51,474 nt of DNA. Origin: Escherichia phage KarlJaspers. The notes beneath the pieces were generated by a model, which made no database searches, was not told where the DNA came from, and saw only the letters and a list, made by a program, of their open reading frames with translations. Where the stretch lies: sequence record MZ501090; one strand, given 5' to 3'. The position numbers and the translations under genes are program-made. Below, piece after piece: positions 20,960 to 30,498 of this stretch; the stretch's first letter is position 1; each line of letters starts with the position of its first letter.

Positions 20960-21130
20960 TAGAGCGATATACATACAGATAAATATATATACATACATAT
21001 AAATCAATAAGTTAGTAGTATATATATTTATATTTGTTCTTTATTGTTATCTATGTTTTGTGTGATTTTGTGTGTCTGGTGATTTTTCTGTGATTATGTA
21101 TGTGTCAGTGGTTGTGTGTGTCTATATATC
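20960..21130. repeat. AT/GT-rich non-coding island, copy 1 (homologous to 43100-43300)
   Basis: Shares about 48 bp core beginning AAATCAATAAGTTAGT plus GT-rich tracts with second island. Confidence 0.7.
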
Positions 21131-21258
21131 TATATCCGGCGCAAATTGAGGAACAAGAGAACAAAAAGACAACAAAGATATTTATCAATCACTTACATGT
21201 AAGTTTTGTTATCAAAGATGTCTAGAACGTTGTTAGAACAGAAAAAACAAAATAACTA

Positions 21259-21286
21259 TTGACTAAACGCATCAAATAGCTACAAT
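21259..21286 (+). promoter_or_regulatory. sigma70-like promoter for recombination operon
   Basis: TTGACT - 16 nt - TACAAT, 30 nt upstream of 21316 start. Confidence 0.5.
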
Positions 21287-21315
21287 GCAGACATACCAAC
21301 CAATGAGGGCAAATC

Positions 21316-22377
21316 ATGAATAAGTTTATGGCGTACACCAGCGAAGAAATGAGCAACGAGCTTTATCACAATCCAGAAGCGTGGACTGCTGATTATGTTA
21401 GCGGTTCAAGCCTGGCAGAGATTTACAGCACATGCCCGGCAGCGTGGAAGTTCAAGCCGCGTGACGACAAGAGCAAGGCGCTAGTTTTTGGTACGCAGTC
21501 GCATACCAATTTTGAAAGCAAGGAGCTTTTCGAAAAAACCTATCGCCGTGCGCCAGCGCCAGAAGACTTTAAGGATCTGATAACCAGCCAAACGGCGCTT
21601 GCTGCAAAGCTAAAATCATTTGGCCTGAAAGGTACAACAGGAAAGACTTACCCTGAACTTATAAAAATGTTGGTTGACTGCGGAGAAGACCTTAACGTCA
21701 TGTGGTTAATCGACATGATCGCAGAAAGTCAAGCCAGGGCCGATGGGGTTCAGTTAATCGAAGCTAAAGATTACGATGCGTGCGTGGCAATGCGCCAGGT
21801 TCTGGAATCAATACCGGAACATAACGCATGTATGAATAGCAAGACGGCACAACGTGAATTATCGTTATTCGGTGAAATCAACGGCGTAAAAGTCAAAGTG
21901 CGATGCGATCACGTTGACGTAACAAAGAACGTGACAGCAACTCTTATTGATGGTTACGATGAAAAAGGTCAGCCGATTTGCCGCGATATTATTTATCCAG
22001 AAGCTATTGTGATCACTGACTACAAAACAACAATGAGCGCTAATCCGGTTGAGTTTATGCGCCTGGCTTACAATCACGGCTATTATTTGAAAATGGCGTT
22101 GCAATGTGATTTATTCAGAAAAGCGTATCCAGAAGAAAAGCGACCTATAGTTGTGCGACTGTTAGCGCAAGAGAAGAAAGAGCCTTATTTGCCGTTGGCT
22201 TTTCGCATGAATAGCGAGCAATTAAAGATCGGGCGCATTCAGTACATGAGCGTGATTAACCAGTTTGCCATGTGCCAGCAGCATGACGTTTGGCCTTCGT
22301 ATTCAAACGGTGAGCCGGAGGTTTGCCTTGATACTCCTGATTGGGTGCGCCGCCAGTTTAAGCAATATCTTATTTAA
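21316..22377 (+). CDS. PD-(D/E)XK-family recombination exonuclease (putative)
   Basis: 353 aa; VITDYKTT motif; first gene of exonuclease-annealase-SSB module. Confidence 0.5.
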   Translation: MNKFMAYTSEEMSNELYHNPEAWTADYVSGSSLAEIYSTCPAAWKFKPRDDKSKALVFGTQSHTNFESKELFEKTYRRAPAPEDFKDLITSQTALAAKLKSFGLKGTTGKTYPELIKMLVDCGEDLNVMWLIDMIAESQARADGVQLIEAKDYDACVAMRQVLESIPEHNACMNSKTAQRELSLFGEINGVKVKVRCDHVDVTKNVTATLIDGYDEKGQPICRDIIYPEAIVITDYKTTMSANPVEFMRLAYNHGYYLKMALQCDLFRKAYPEEKRPIVVRLLAQEKKEPYLPLAFRMNSEQLKIGRIQYMSVINQFAMCQQHDVWPSYSNGEPEVCLDTPDWVRRQFKQYLI

Positions 22378-22458
22378 ACAGCACAAATAGCTAAACAAAT
22401 GAAAAATGCGGTGTTATAATTCACAGCATAAGTTAACAGTAAACGAGAGGAAATAAAT

Positions 22459-22740
22459 ATGGAAAACAATAAATCAGTATCAGCGGTAGCAGTTCACATC
22501 AATAATTTTGCCACTGGCATGGCTATGTTGCTTCGTGATTTTGTAGCGCCGCTTGACCCAACGGCAGGCGCAGAAGAAATGGAGTACATCAGAAAAGTAA
22601 TGGATGCAGTCGATAACGTCATACTTATTGCAACAATGAGCGAAGACAACGAGGAAGCAATCAAGGCGGTAAAAGAAAGTTCCGATCGCATGATGGAAAA
22701 TCTGATTAAATTACACACCAAAGAAGAAACAAAACATTAA
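22459..22740 (+). CDS. hypothetical protein
   Basis: 93 aa ORF with GAGAGGAAA RBS. Confidence 0.4.
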   Translation: MENNKSVSAVAVHINNFATGMAMLLRDFVAPLDPTAGAEEMEYIRKVMDAVDNVILIATMSEDNEEAIKAVKESSDRMMENLIKLHTKEETKH

Positions 22741-22785
22741 CAGCAATAAGGCGGCGAAAGCCGCCATTAATTACGGGAATTAATC

Positions 22786-23442
22786 ATGAAACTATCAGAG
22801 CAATTCGACAAGGTTTTACCAGCACTGCATAAGGCGCGTAGTTTGTTTGTAAAGGTGAAGAAGGATAAGCAAAATACGCACCTTAAAAACCGTTACGCAA
22901 CACTTGATGCCGTACTTGATGCAATCACTCCAGCATTGAACGATAACGAGCTAATGTTGATGCAGGATATGATTGAAAGCGAACAACCTAACAGAATCAA
23001 GGTTGAGACAACAGTTCTTCATGTTTCTGGTCAGTGGGTTAAATTTTACGCAGAGCTACCAATCGTCAAAAACGATCCTCAAGGCGTCGGATCTGCATTC
23101 ACATACGCGCGTCGTTATGCAGCCGCAGCAGCATTTGGCTTAAGCCAGGCAGACGATGATGCACAAATTGCTGTTAAATCTGCAAACGACTGGAAACGTG
23201 ACATTGAGAAATGCGAGAGCGTAAACGAATTGCAAGAAGTGCTAAAATCAGCATGGAAGGCAAGCGATCCGGCAAGCAAGCAGGTAATTAAAGAGCATTA
23301 CGAAAAGCGCAAGGCAGAGCTTGAGATCGGCAAAGCACGAGGATTTAATCCAGCGCAACCAAAGCAAAATCTTGCCTCGCCAGAAGTTGACACAAAAAAC
23401 GACGAGCAAGTAAAATCACAAAGTATCACTGATTTTGAATAA
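22786..23442 (+). CDS. Erf-like single-strand annealing protein
   Basis: [18 protein letters not shown] resembles the conserved SYARKYA motif of Erf-family recombinases (from memory). Confidence 0.55.
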   Translation: MKLSEQFDKVLPALHKARSLFVKVKKDKQNTHLKNRYATLDAVLDAITPALNDNELMLMQDMIESEQPNRIKVETTVLHVSGQWVKFYAELPIVKNDPQGVGSAFTYARRYAAAAAFGLSQADDDAQIAVKSANDWKRDIEKCESVNELQEVLKSAWKASDPASKQVIKEHYEKRKAELEIGKARGFNPAQPKQNLASPEVDTKNDEQVKSQSITDFE

Positions 23443-23450
23443 TTGACATG

Positions 23451-23472
23451 GGGCGCTTGCGCCCCTTTCTTA
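23451..23472 (+). terminator. rho-independent terminator (weak)
   Basis: GGGGCGC-ttg-CGCCCC hairpin followed by TTTCTT. Confidence 0.5.
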
Positions 23473-23486
23473 CAGGAGTATAAAAC

Positions 23487-23939
23487 ATGCATATTATTAC
23501 TGGTGAGATCCGAAAAGAGCCGCGAGTAAAGCAAATGCCTAACGGCAGCACACTTTATGTAGTTGAACTTCCAGAGCGATACAAAGATAAAGATGGAAAC
23601 TGGCAATATACAAACTACAGTTTCTTTTTTAATGCTAAAACAGAAGGTATTAAGGGTTGGTATGATGAGGCGTTCCAGGTTGGCAAGGTTATTTCTGTAT
23701 CTTGCGACACTCTGCGCATTGAAACGCGAGAATACAACGGAAAGATGTATTCAAGTTTAATGCCAGGAGGATTTGCAAATCTTATCTTCAGTCAGCGCGG
23801 GGAAAGCCAGCAACAATATCAGCAGCGAACGCAATGGGGATGGGGCCAACCACAACAACAGAATCAACCGCAACAACCGCAACAGCCAAGACAAAGCAAT
23901 CAGCCACCTATGGATTTTGACGACGACATCCCTTTTTGA
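23487..23939 (+). CDS. ssb: single-stranded DNA-binding protein
   Basis: 150 aa; Gln/Pro-rich linker; acidic C-terminal tail DFDDDIPF characteristic of SSB. Confidence 0.85.
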   Translation: MHIITGEIRKEPRVKQMPNGSTLYVVELPERYKDKDGNWQYTNYSFFFNAKTEGIKGWYDEAFQVGKVISVSCDTLRIETREYNGKMYSSLMPGGFANLIFSQRGESQQQYQQRTQWGWGQPQQQNQPQQPQQPRQSNQPPMDFDDDIPF

Positions 23940-23944
23940 TCAGT

Positions 23945-23967
23945 AAAGGGGCATTACGCCCCTTTTT
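23945..23967 (+). terminator. rho-independent terminator between convergent genes
   Basis: GGGGC-attac-GCCCC hairpin followed by TTTTT. Confidence 0.6.
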
Positions 23968-24211
23968 CACCCTCAGCCATCCCAAGAACAGCAATCACCT
24001 TAACAGCAATTCGCTTTGCAAGTTCAGTTTGATGAGCGTTCAGCTTTCCAGTGGTCATTATTGACAACATTCCGCTCATACTTCCAAGCCCGTTAAAATC
24101 TGACATTGCCGATTTCATGATTGATATTGGTGAGTGACCCTCATCAGCTATTGTGTGCGCTCTCTCTGACAGGTCTTTAACTACCTGAGCAATTCCTTCA
24201 CTTTTCGTCAT
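23954..24211 (-). CDS. hypothetical protein
   Basis: 85 aa ORF, last gene of leftward 4-gene operon. Confidence 0.4.
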   Translation of the reverse strand: MTKSEGIAQVVKDLSERAHTIADEGHSPISIMKSAMSDFNGLGSMSGMLSIMTTGKLNAHQTELAKRIAVKVIAVLGMAEGEKGA

Positions 24212-24689
24212 TTGCTTTTCCTTCAGGAGTTGATTGCTGTTCTGGCATTACAGGCCACGGGCTAATTGATTCCCTTTCTGCTACTGGCTTTTCAGGTTCA
24301 ATTCCTAAAAACTTTCCTACAAACTCACCAACAAAATTTGAGCTATCGCTTACATAAACATGCATCCTGTCTAGATCTGCAACAGTAACGCTATTTGGTG
24401 CGATCATGATCCTCTGTTGGTGAAAACCGATATACATCACATTAGCCGGACGCTCAAGAGTCCCCATATTTGGCGCAATTACGCCCATTATCCAACAATA
24501 ATGAATGTTGCCATCAAGCGGCTCACATCCAGCGTTAAGCCAGTTTACTTTCTGGTGAGGAAACGCCATTGATGAATCAGTAGCATCACGCCGTAACGAC
24601 CATTTAACTCCGCCAATCTCAATGATTTGTTTCGGCCTCATCCCGTTGAATTGAGTCACGCCAGCGCCATTTTGATTAATGTTTTGCAT
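24198..24689 (-). CDS. hypothetical protein
   Basis: 163 aa ORF overlapping neighbours by a few codons. Confidence 0.45.
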   Translation of the reverse strand: MQNINQNGAGVTQFNGMRPKQIIEIGGVKWSLRRDATDSSMAFPHQKVNWLNAGCEPLDGNIHYCWIMGVIAPNMGTLERPANVMYIGFHQQRIMIAPNSVTVADLDRMHVYVSDSSNFVGEFVGKFLGIEPEKPVAERESISPWPVMPEQQSTPEGKANDEK

Positions 24690-24703
24690 ATCGGTTAACC
24701 TTT

Positions 24704-25027
24704 TTACATTGATTTCATTTTACGCAATGCGCAGATACAAGCGGCAGCAAGATCGGTTAATTCTTTCTCAATGCCATGATGCGAGCCGTCTGCCTTTTCG
24801 GTCATTAGCTCTTTGTATTCCATTTCTACAATCGACATTAAGCCGCCTGGCTTGTCAATGTGCGCGTCCCAGGTTTTAGGATAGTGCTTAGTTCTTTCCA
24901 TAACACTTCCCATAACTGAATCATGTTTGCTATCTCGCTCATAATCATCATCATGATCATCACTCCCGATTGAAACTCGCGGCAAATGAATGCGCGGTAT
25001 TTTATAGCCAGCATAACGGATCTTCAT
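24704..25027 (-). CDS. MazG-like nucleotide pyrophosphohydrolase (tentative)
   Basis: EMEYKELMTE and EKELTDLAAA segments resemble paired EExxE/ExxxD helices of MazG-type NTP-PPases; start uncertain. Confidence 0.3.
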   Translation of the reverse strand: MKIRYAGYKIPRIHLPRVSIGSDDHDDDYERDSKHDSVMGSVMERTKHYPKTWDAHIDKPGGLMSIVEMEYKELMTEKADGSHHGIEKELTDLAAACICALRKMKSM

Positions 25028-25076
25028 TATCTCACCCTCTTGATGAAAAGCGCCCCGAAAGGCGCTTGATTTATTA

Positions 25077-25778
25077 TCAGCCGCAACAGCCAGTAGGCGG
25101 AGTCTGAGGAGTAGGCAACTTGAAGTTTACCAATTGCTCTACCTGGTTGATTTTGCAATTCAGTGCGGCGGTCTGGTTTGCCTGAGATAGAGCAAAACGC
25201 GCTTCCTGCAACTGAGCTTTCATATCGCAAATCAAAACAGCCTGAGAATCAGCAAACTGTTGACGAATCAGATCTCGCGTTGCGTTACCTTGTCGCTCAA
25301 TGTTCAGGTTAGTCTCGCAGCAACATCTTTCGGCTGCAATCTGCGCCTGATAGGAACGCTCAAGAGCATTAACATCAGCAGCATTAATCGCAGCAACTGT
25401 CTGGTTAGTACCGCTAACAATCGCGGTATTCAGTCCGGCAAAACCTTGCACCGATGCAAGCAGGCTTTGCGTATTCTGGCTGGTAATGCCGTTAAATGTT
25501 GATGCGGCGGAGCGCTCAACGGTAAGGTTTGTGGAGTTTTGGCCTTGCAGAGTTTGCAGCCCCAGGTTGTTTACGCCTGTCTGGATGTTATTAATACCAT
25601 CAAGAACAGCGTTAGCACCGACAGCAACAGCAGCACCATCACCACCATAACCACCACGACCATTAAAGCCATTACCAAACCAAGACCCAATCAGGCCACC
25701 AACAGCACCGCCAAGACCAGCCGCGCCAGCTTCGCCACCAAAACCACCACCAGTAGGGAGTAAAGTCATATCTGACAT
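25077..25778 (-). CDS. glycine-rich protein with glycine-zipper N-terminus and Cys-rich C-terminus (unknown function)
   Basis: 233 aa; GGGFGGEAGAAGLGGAVGGLIGSWFG; Asn/Gln/Ser/Thr-rich middle; CCC and terminal GCCG. Confidence 0.5.
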   Translation of the reverse strand: MSDMTLLPTGGGFGGEAGAAGLGGAVGGLIGSWFGNGFNGRGGYGGDGAAVAVGANAVLDGINNIQTGVNNLGLQTLQGQNSTNLTVERSAASTFNGITSQNTQSLLASVQGFAGLNTAIVSGTNQTVAAINAADVNALERSYQAQIAAERCCCETNLNIERQGNATRDLIRQQFADSQAVLICDMKAQLQEARFALSQANQTAALNCKINQVEQLVNFKLPTPQTPPTGCCG

Positions 25779-25911
25779 AGTAAATTCCTCTTTGACGTTA
25801 AAAAAATTAAAAAAAAGTTTGTAACATTTGCGTTACGACAAATAGTATGCGCCTAACTGTCAGGAATAGATATAAAGAATTTGTAAGCGATATGTCAGCA
25901 ACTGGCATAAA

Positions 25912-25943
25912 GGCGAAAAAAGGCGCAGCCTGAGCCGCGCCTT
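25912..25943 (-). terminator. rho-independent terminator (minus strand)
   Basis: Minus strand AAGGCGC...GCGCCTT hairpin followed by TTTTTT, downstream of tail-fibre gene. Confidence 0.7.
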
Positions 25944-25947
25944 GTGA

Positions 25948-26625
25948 TTAAATGTTGTTATTTTTTATTGATTCAATTTGGCTTTTTAATTGCTCTATTT
26001 CTTCTTTCATCCGTTTCACATGATGAATTAGCGGAACAACCAAACGCTCATACATAACGCCTTCTGCAACCATGCCATTGCTTGAGGCGATTTCTGGATC
26101 ATCACCTTCTTGTAATGGCCTCCAGTGAACGTATTCAGACGCAATCTCTCCAACTTCTTCGGCGATCAGTCCATACCAACCCCAATCTTTTCTGTCATTC
26201 TCGCAAATCGACCGATACCAGACAGGACGCATGTCAAACATTCGATCTGCATATTCATCCATAACAGTTTCAACAGATCTTTTGTATCTTTCGGAAGACG
26301 TTGAACGAAGAACGCTTGACACTGCGGCATCTGGATTGAGATACAAGTTTGCGCCAGCGGTTGTTGTTCCAAGTCTAAAAAAGTAAACGGCCTCTTGTGC
26401 TGTTAATGGGTAAAAGTTTCCGCTATGTGTTCCGCCCTCTAATTCATTTGAAAGCTCGCTTTTCTTCATGTACGTCTTTAACTTGTTGTCAACGTCAGAG
26501 CTTGATGGCTTTGTGTTAACTTCTTGCTGCAACGTGGAAACATTGCCTTGCAACGTGGAAACATTGCCTTTTAAAGCAGTTATATCAGCCGGAATATTTG
26601 TTACGGTAGCCATGATTAAGCCCAC
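25948..26625 (-). CDS. tail fibre protein with C-terminal intramolecular chaperone-like domain (putative)
   Basis: 225 aa; tandem NVSTLQG repeat; C-terminal WGWYGLIAEEVGEI...ERLVVPLIHHVK resembles S74 chaperone domains. Confidence 0.5.
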   Translation of the reverse strand: MGLIMATVTNIPADITALKGNVSTLQGNVSTLQQEVNTKPSSSDVDNKLKTYMKKSELSNELEGGTHSGNFYPLTAQEAVYFFRLGTTTAGANLYLNPDAAVSSVLRSTSSERYKRSVETVMDEYADRMFDMRPVWYRSICENDRKDWGWYGLIAEEVGEIASEYVHWRPLQEGDDPEIASSNGMVAEGVMYERLVVPLIHHVKRMKEEIEQLKSQIESIKNNNI

Positions 26626-26894
26626 TCCCTAAGTTTTTGATCCGTCACAACGGTTCTGCTATTGAATAATTTCGCATCGTAATTATCATTAATGATGCGA
26701 GCGTTCACAAAATAACCATCATTTTTCTCTACAATTTCCTCTCCTTCTTCCGTTACAGATACAACAGTGTAAGTGTTCCCGATAACGTCGAGAAGAATTG
26801 CATCCTGAATGGATTCGTTTTCGTTCCATTCAATTTCTTCAAGAAAGGCAGAAAACTCTGCCTTGTCTGCAAATTTCAGTGTTAAATCTCTCAT
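26616..26894 (-). CDS. hypothetical protein (tail-fibre associated)
   Basis: 92 aa ORF coupled between two tail-fibre genes. Confidence 0.4.
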   Translation of the reverse strand: MRDLTLKFADKAEFSAFLEEIEWNENESIQDAILLDVIGNTYTVVSVTEEGEEIVEKNDGYFVNARIINDNYDAKLFNSRTVVTDQKLREWA

Positions 26895-28849
26895 TATACA
26901 ATTTCCCCCAATTGATGATCTGTTAATGCCTTATGCCAGATCCTAAAGTTTCTAATGTGTCCAAACAAATGGCGCTCTCCAGTTCCTGTTTGTCCGCCAA
27001 ACCTGATATTTTTATCTCCTGTTACGCCTATGTAATCGCAGTATGAATCAGACACTGCTATAGCATTGGTGACAACATGAAATTTGCCATCAGATTTTGC
27101 AATGCATCCAAAAGTGGATTTTTTTGCAAACACATCAGATGCCGCGCTATTAATATATGCCCCAGCAGGCGTTGATAAACTCATGTATAATTTTCCACTT
27201 CCTCTATTTATTGCCGCAATTGCTGATTGACCAGTATTTGCAGCAGCTATATCCCAAACACGAGGGGCAGAATTTGGAGCAACATCCCAACACTTACTAA
27301 CCTCAAGCAAAAAAGTAAACGGCAATTTATATAGGTTGTTTTTTGTTGGAATGCTAACAAGATCGCTAGCTCTCGTTGTTGGCATTGAAGTTATAATAAA
27401 TGACGATGCTGTATTTCCAAGTTCAATTTGCGGCGTAGCCATCGTTAACGTTGAATCAGAATAAAATGGTTCGTTGTTAATTTTATTAGTCATGTAAAAT
27501 GCACAATTAACAGTGTCAACATTTGTATTGGCTGTATATGTCGCTTGATAATACATCCATTCGCCATCCTGTTCCACTTTAGCGGTTATAAGTGAAGTGT
27601 CTCCACTTACCGATGCAACCAAAGTATCAAGATCCAAATAAGAATCAGCAGAAAATGTATCTACTCCATCAATAATTGTAGACACTCGAAGCCTGCATCT
27701 TGCTTTAGCACCTTTAACCCTACAAGAAAAGGTGAAACTTTCACCTGACACCAAAGGGAATCTATCGGCTGTAACAACTCCATGAACGGTATAACCTCCA
27801 GTAGTACCAACAATACTTTCTACAGGGGTGACTGTAGCGTAGTTAAAACCACGATCATCCGTTCCGAAAGTTTTATTTAAAGAAGAATGAATAGTCCAAG
27901 AATCTGTTTTATTTGAGTTTCTTAGATAGTTAGTTCTTTGCCCTTCGATTAAAAGACCTTCTTTTTCAAAACGAGGTTCGTCAATCTCCGCAACAGTCAA
28001 TACACCTGATTTGTTAATATAAGTTGCTGTTGAAGCGCGTGAAAATGTAACTACTTTATCTGTTGGCATAGTTATAACATCATTACCAACTGTTATTTTT
28101 TTGTAACCAGGTGCAAAGCCTGTAATCATCTCAAGAGAATCATTAAACGGTATCCACACGTCGGGCAGCGGTTGCAATAAATCTTTGTAAGGTTCTGCGG
28201 CCTGCCTTGCGTATTCCTCCGCTTGATCTCGCGCACTTTCAGCTCCTGCCTTTGCAGTGTTCGCAGCGTTACGCGCGGATTCAGCGCCAGACTTTGCTGT
28301 TTCAGCGCCAGTCTTTGCAGTGTTTGCAGCGTCGCGCGCGGATTCAGCAGCGGTCTTTGCAGTATCAGCGCCTTTCTTGCTGTTTTCTGCATTTGTTGCG
28401 CTTTTCTTCGCGTTATTCTCGCTAGTTTTAGCGGCCTTCTGGCTTGCTGCGGCCGCAGCAGCATCGCTCTTTACGTCAGCCTGTATCTGTTGAAGTTTAT
28501 CCCAATCAAATGTTTCGATGATCTCAATGAATCTGGCAAATTCAGTTTCTTTACCCTGGTAATATCGCAGTGTTTCAGCGACATCTTGCGCCAGGCCATC
28601 AACAGTTATTGAATCATGAAGCATGATCAGATAGTTTGTCTTTGCTACAACAGCGCCGCCAGTAGTAATGGCGCGAATGCTTGTGTCGCTAATAACCTCA
28701 GTGATTACAGCGGCTTGCATTGGATTTGTTAAGAAAAATATTGTTGCACCAGGGCGAATGAGTGTTAGCTGTTCGCGCCATTTTGTGCCGTATCCAGTTA
28801 TATAACCTTGCGCGTCCATTGACGCCTGTCCGGTTCTGTAAATTGCCAT
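26894..28849 (-). CDS. tail fibre protein (Ala-rich repeat shaft, lectin-like C-terminus)
   Basis: First ATG at 28849 with GGGAG RBS (track ORF starts TTG 28903); repeats AxTAKxGAESARxAANTAK; C-terminus RFGGQTG...NFRIW. Confidence 0.6.
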   Translation of the reverse strand: MAIYRTGQASMDAQGYITGYGTKWREQLTLIRPGATIFFLTNPMQAAVITEVISDTSIRAITTGGAVVAKTNYLIMLHDSITVDGLAQDVAETLRYYQGKETEFARFIEIIETFDWDKLQQIQADVKSDAAAAAASQKAAKTSENNAKKSATNAENSKKGADTAKTAAESARDAANTAKTGAETAKSGAESARNAANTAKAGAESARDQAEEYARQAAEPYKDLLQPLPDVWIPFNDSLEMITGFAPGYKKITVGNDVITMPTDKVVTFSRASTATYINKSGVLTVAEIDEPRFEKEGLLIEGQRTNYLRNSNKTDSWTIHSSLNKTFGTDDRGFNYATVTPVESIVGTTGGYTVHGVVTADRFPLVSGESFTFSCRVKGAKARCRLRVSTIIDGVDTFSADSYLDLDTLVASVSGDTSLITAKVEQDGEWMYYQATYTANTNVDTVNCAFYMTNKINNEPFYSDSTLTMATPQIELGNTASSFIITSMPTTRASDLVSIPTKNNLYKLPFTFLLEVSKCWDVAPNSAPRVWDIAAANTGQSAIAAINRGSGKLYMSLSTPAGAYINSAASDVFAKKSTFGCIAKSDGKFHVVTNAIAVSDSYCDYIGVTGDKNIRFGGQTGTGERHLFGHIRNFRIWHKALTDHQLGEIV

Positions 28850-28906
28850 GCGTTTTCTCCCATGTTGTATGTTAATGTCAATGCAGATAATAGCATTTGA
28901 CAAGGC

Positions 28907-28930
28907 AAAAAAAAACCCCGCAATGCGGGG
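28907..28930 (-). terminator. rho-independent terminator (minus strand)
   Basis: Minus strand CCCCGC-att-GCGGGG hairpin followed by TTTTTTTTT, downstream of primase gene. Confidence 0.8.
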
Positions 28931-28947
28931 TAAAGTAGCAGTGACAT

Positions 28948-29880
28948 TTAGAGAATTGATTCAGGTTTGAAAACCTTCCTCTCTATCCCTTGCCTGTAAT
29001 TATCATTAATCGGCATCATAATTTCAAGTCCTCTTTCCTCGGCAGCAATGATCGCGTCACGGTCTGTACTCTTACAGACAACTCTCATTCTTCTGTTTCC
29101 CTTATACCTGTAAGCCACAATCTCAATGTTAGTTGCATCAAAGCAGGCCCAGACCTCTTGACCAGTTGCAAGGTGGATGTGTTGCGCATCAATCCAGTCA
29201 ACGCAAAGATAGATCGTCTTATCTGTACTTCCTGTTCTCACAATCGACCCTCGCGTGTAGTCCTTTGCGAGAAAAGACTGATTGCCGTCTTCATCAATGA
29301 AAAGCACATTGCACATTTCATCATCAATCTCATCTGAGTGTACCAGGTGACACGGTAACGCGTGAATGTATCGGCCATCTTTTACGCCGCAATCATAATG
29401 ACCATCTTCAGGCGGGTATATTCCTTCATATGTGCTTAACGGCGTGCGATCAAATTTTAGTGTTTTTGACATAACGCGCTCGCAGCATTCATGGCTTGCC
29501 TGTTTCCCAAACGAATAACCAGAATCACGAGATACTCGCTTATTTGCCTTGATCCTATAGTCCTGCGGAACTTTTCCAAGAAAACGGCCCAAAATATTGA
29601 TCACTTCGCTGTAAGGTTCTCCGGTTAGCTTCATGATCCAACCAATTCCGGTATCATTACCGCACACGTTGCAGATCGCACCGCCATCGCCTTTTTTATC
29701 GCCAAGTTTATCCGTCCATCTGAAGCGATCCTTTCCGCCGCAGTGTGGGCAAGATTGATGCTTTCCGTTAAAAACTTCATTTGGAAGACCGCAAATACTT
29801 TGTAGCGCCTCACGCCACAATCCTTGCATATATGGGAGAACATCTTCCTTTTGATAAACCATAAAGTTTTCGTTATTCAT
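28948..29880 (-). CDS. DNA primase (zinc-ribbon type, putative)
   Basis: CPHCGG...CNVCG zinc-binding motif and acidic DEIDDE segment; start ambiguous (29880 with GAGGTG RBS, or 29982). Confidence 0.55.
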   Translation of the reverse strand: MNNENFMVYQKEDVLPYMQGLWREALQSICGLPNEVFNGKHQSCPHCGGKDRFRWTDKLGDKKGDGGAICNVCGNDTGIGWIMKLTGEPYSEVINILGRFLGKVPQDYRIKANKRVSRDSGYSFGKQASHECCERVMSKTLKFDRTPLSTYEGIYPPEDGHYDCGVKDGRYIHALPCHLVHSDEIDDEMCNVLFIDEDGNQSFLAKDYTRGSIVRTGSTDKTIYLCVDWIDAQHIHLATGQEVWACFDATNIEIVAYRYKGNRRMRVVCKSTDRDAIIAAEERGLEIMMPINDNYRQGIERKVFKPESIL

Positions 29881-29935
29881 ATACACCTCAAACAAAAAAG
29901 CCTGACAGATGATAACATCATGCCAGGCATTGTTT

Positions 29936-30409
29936 TTAGCAATTAGTGCTTTCAGGTTTATACAGGAATCCGCCAGGTTCATAATCTGACATTCTTACCA
30001 CTCGCAACATTTCACGCTTATCACATCTCTTTGTGAGCGGTTTGCCATTGGAATCAAATCGCAGGTCTGGACGACAGAATGATGCGCGATAGCCTTGACA
30101 TCCATATTTTTTGTAATCGTTATGCACCTTTTGAGCGCCAGCGGCTGAAATCATACCGCGAACGCGCCACTGATTTACAGTTTGCTGGCTAACGTTAAGA
30201 CGTTTTGCCATTGCTGACACGCTTCCGTAATACTCAATAAGGATGTCAAGTCGCGCTTTTAGTCCGGCGCGCACTTCATCTTTTAAAACATAGTATCCCG
30301 TAGGGCGCTTGCGCTTCTTCTTATCCTTTCCTCTTCGAGTTCCGTTATTGCCATTAATTGTGCGCTTGTCAATCTTGCCTGTTGATACTGCGATTCGTTG
30401 CTCTTTCAT
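29936..30409 (-). CDS. HTH DNA-binding protein (putative transcription regulator)
   Basis: 157 aa; basic N-terminus; helix-turn-helix-like SVSAMAKRLNVSQQTVNQW. Confidence 0.5.
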   Translation of the reverse strand: MKEQRIAVSTGKIDKRTINGNNGTRRGKDKKKRKRPTGYYVLKDEVRAGLKARLDILIEYYGSVSAMAKRLNVSQQTVNQWRVRGMISAAGAQKVHNDYKKYGCQGYRASFCRPDLRFDSNGKPLTKRCDKREMLRVVRMSDYEPGGFLYKPESTNC

Positions 30410-30422
30410 TATTCATTCTCCA

Positions 30423-30441
30423 ATAGCATTTTTTGTTAAAC
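30423..30441 (+). promoter_or_regulatory. conserved intergenic motif copy upstream of helicase
   Basis: ATAGCATTTTTTGTTAAAC, then TATTAT about 19 nt downstream. Confidence 0.5.
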
Positions 30442-30498
30442 GATGATTTAATGATTGTGTATTATACACGCCAAATGGCATTACTCAAAGGTTTTAGA

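Noticed and set aside
20960-21130. Possible CRISPR array suggested by the repetitive AT/GT-rich sequence
   Set aside because: No regular repeat-spacer periodicity; repeats are short, degenerate and compositional. Only two homologous islands, 22 kb apart.
22741-22770. Hairpin AAGGCGGC-gaaa-GCCGCC after the 93 aa ORF as a terminator
   Set aside because: No U-run follows (ATTAATTACGGG); more likely a stabilising or processing hairpin than an intrinsic terminator.
25077-25778. Glycine-rich protein as a colicin-like toxin
   Set aside because: Gly-rich N-termini occur in colicin translocation domains, but no recognisable nuclease or pore-forming C-terminal domain and no immunity-like partner; kept as unknown.
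28126-28612. Four overlapping ORFs on both strands (72-129 aa) in the tail-fibre repeat region
   Set aside because: Artefacts of the Ala-rich repetitive sequence; all lie within the 651 aa tail-fibre ORF.
28880-28900. Partial motif-like sequence ATAGCATTTGACAA upstream of the tail-fibre gene
   Set aside because: Lies on the + strand opposite to the leftward genes and matches only the first 6-7 nt.
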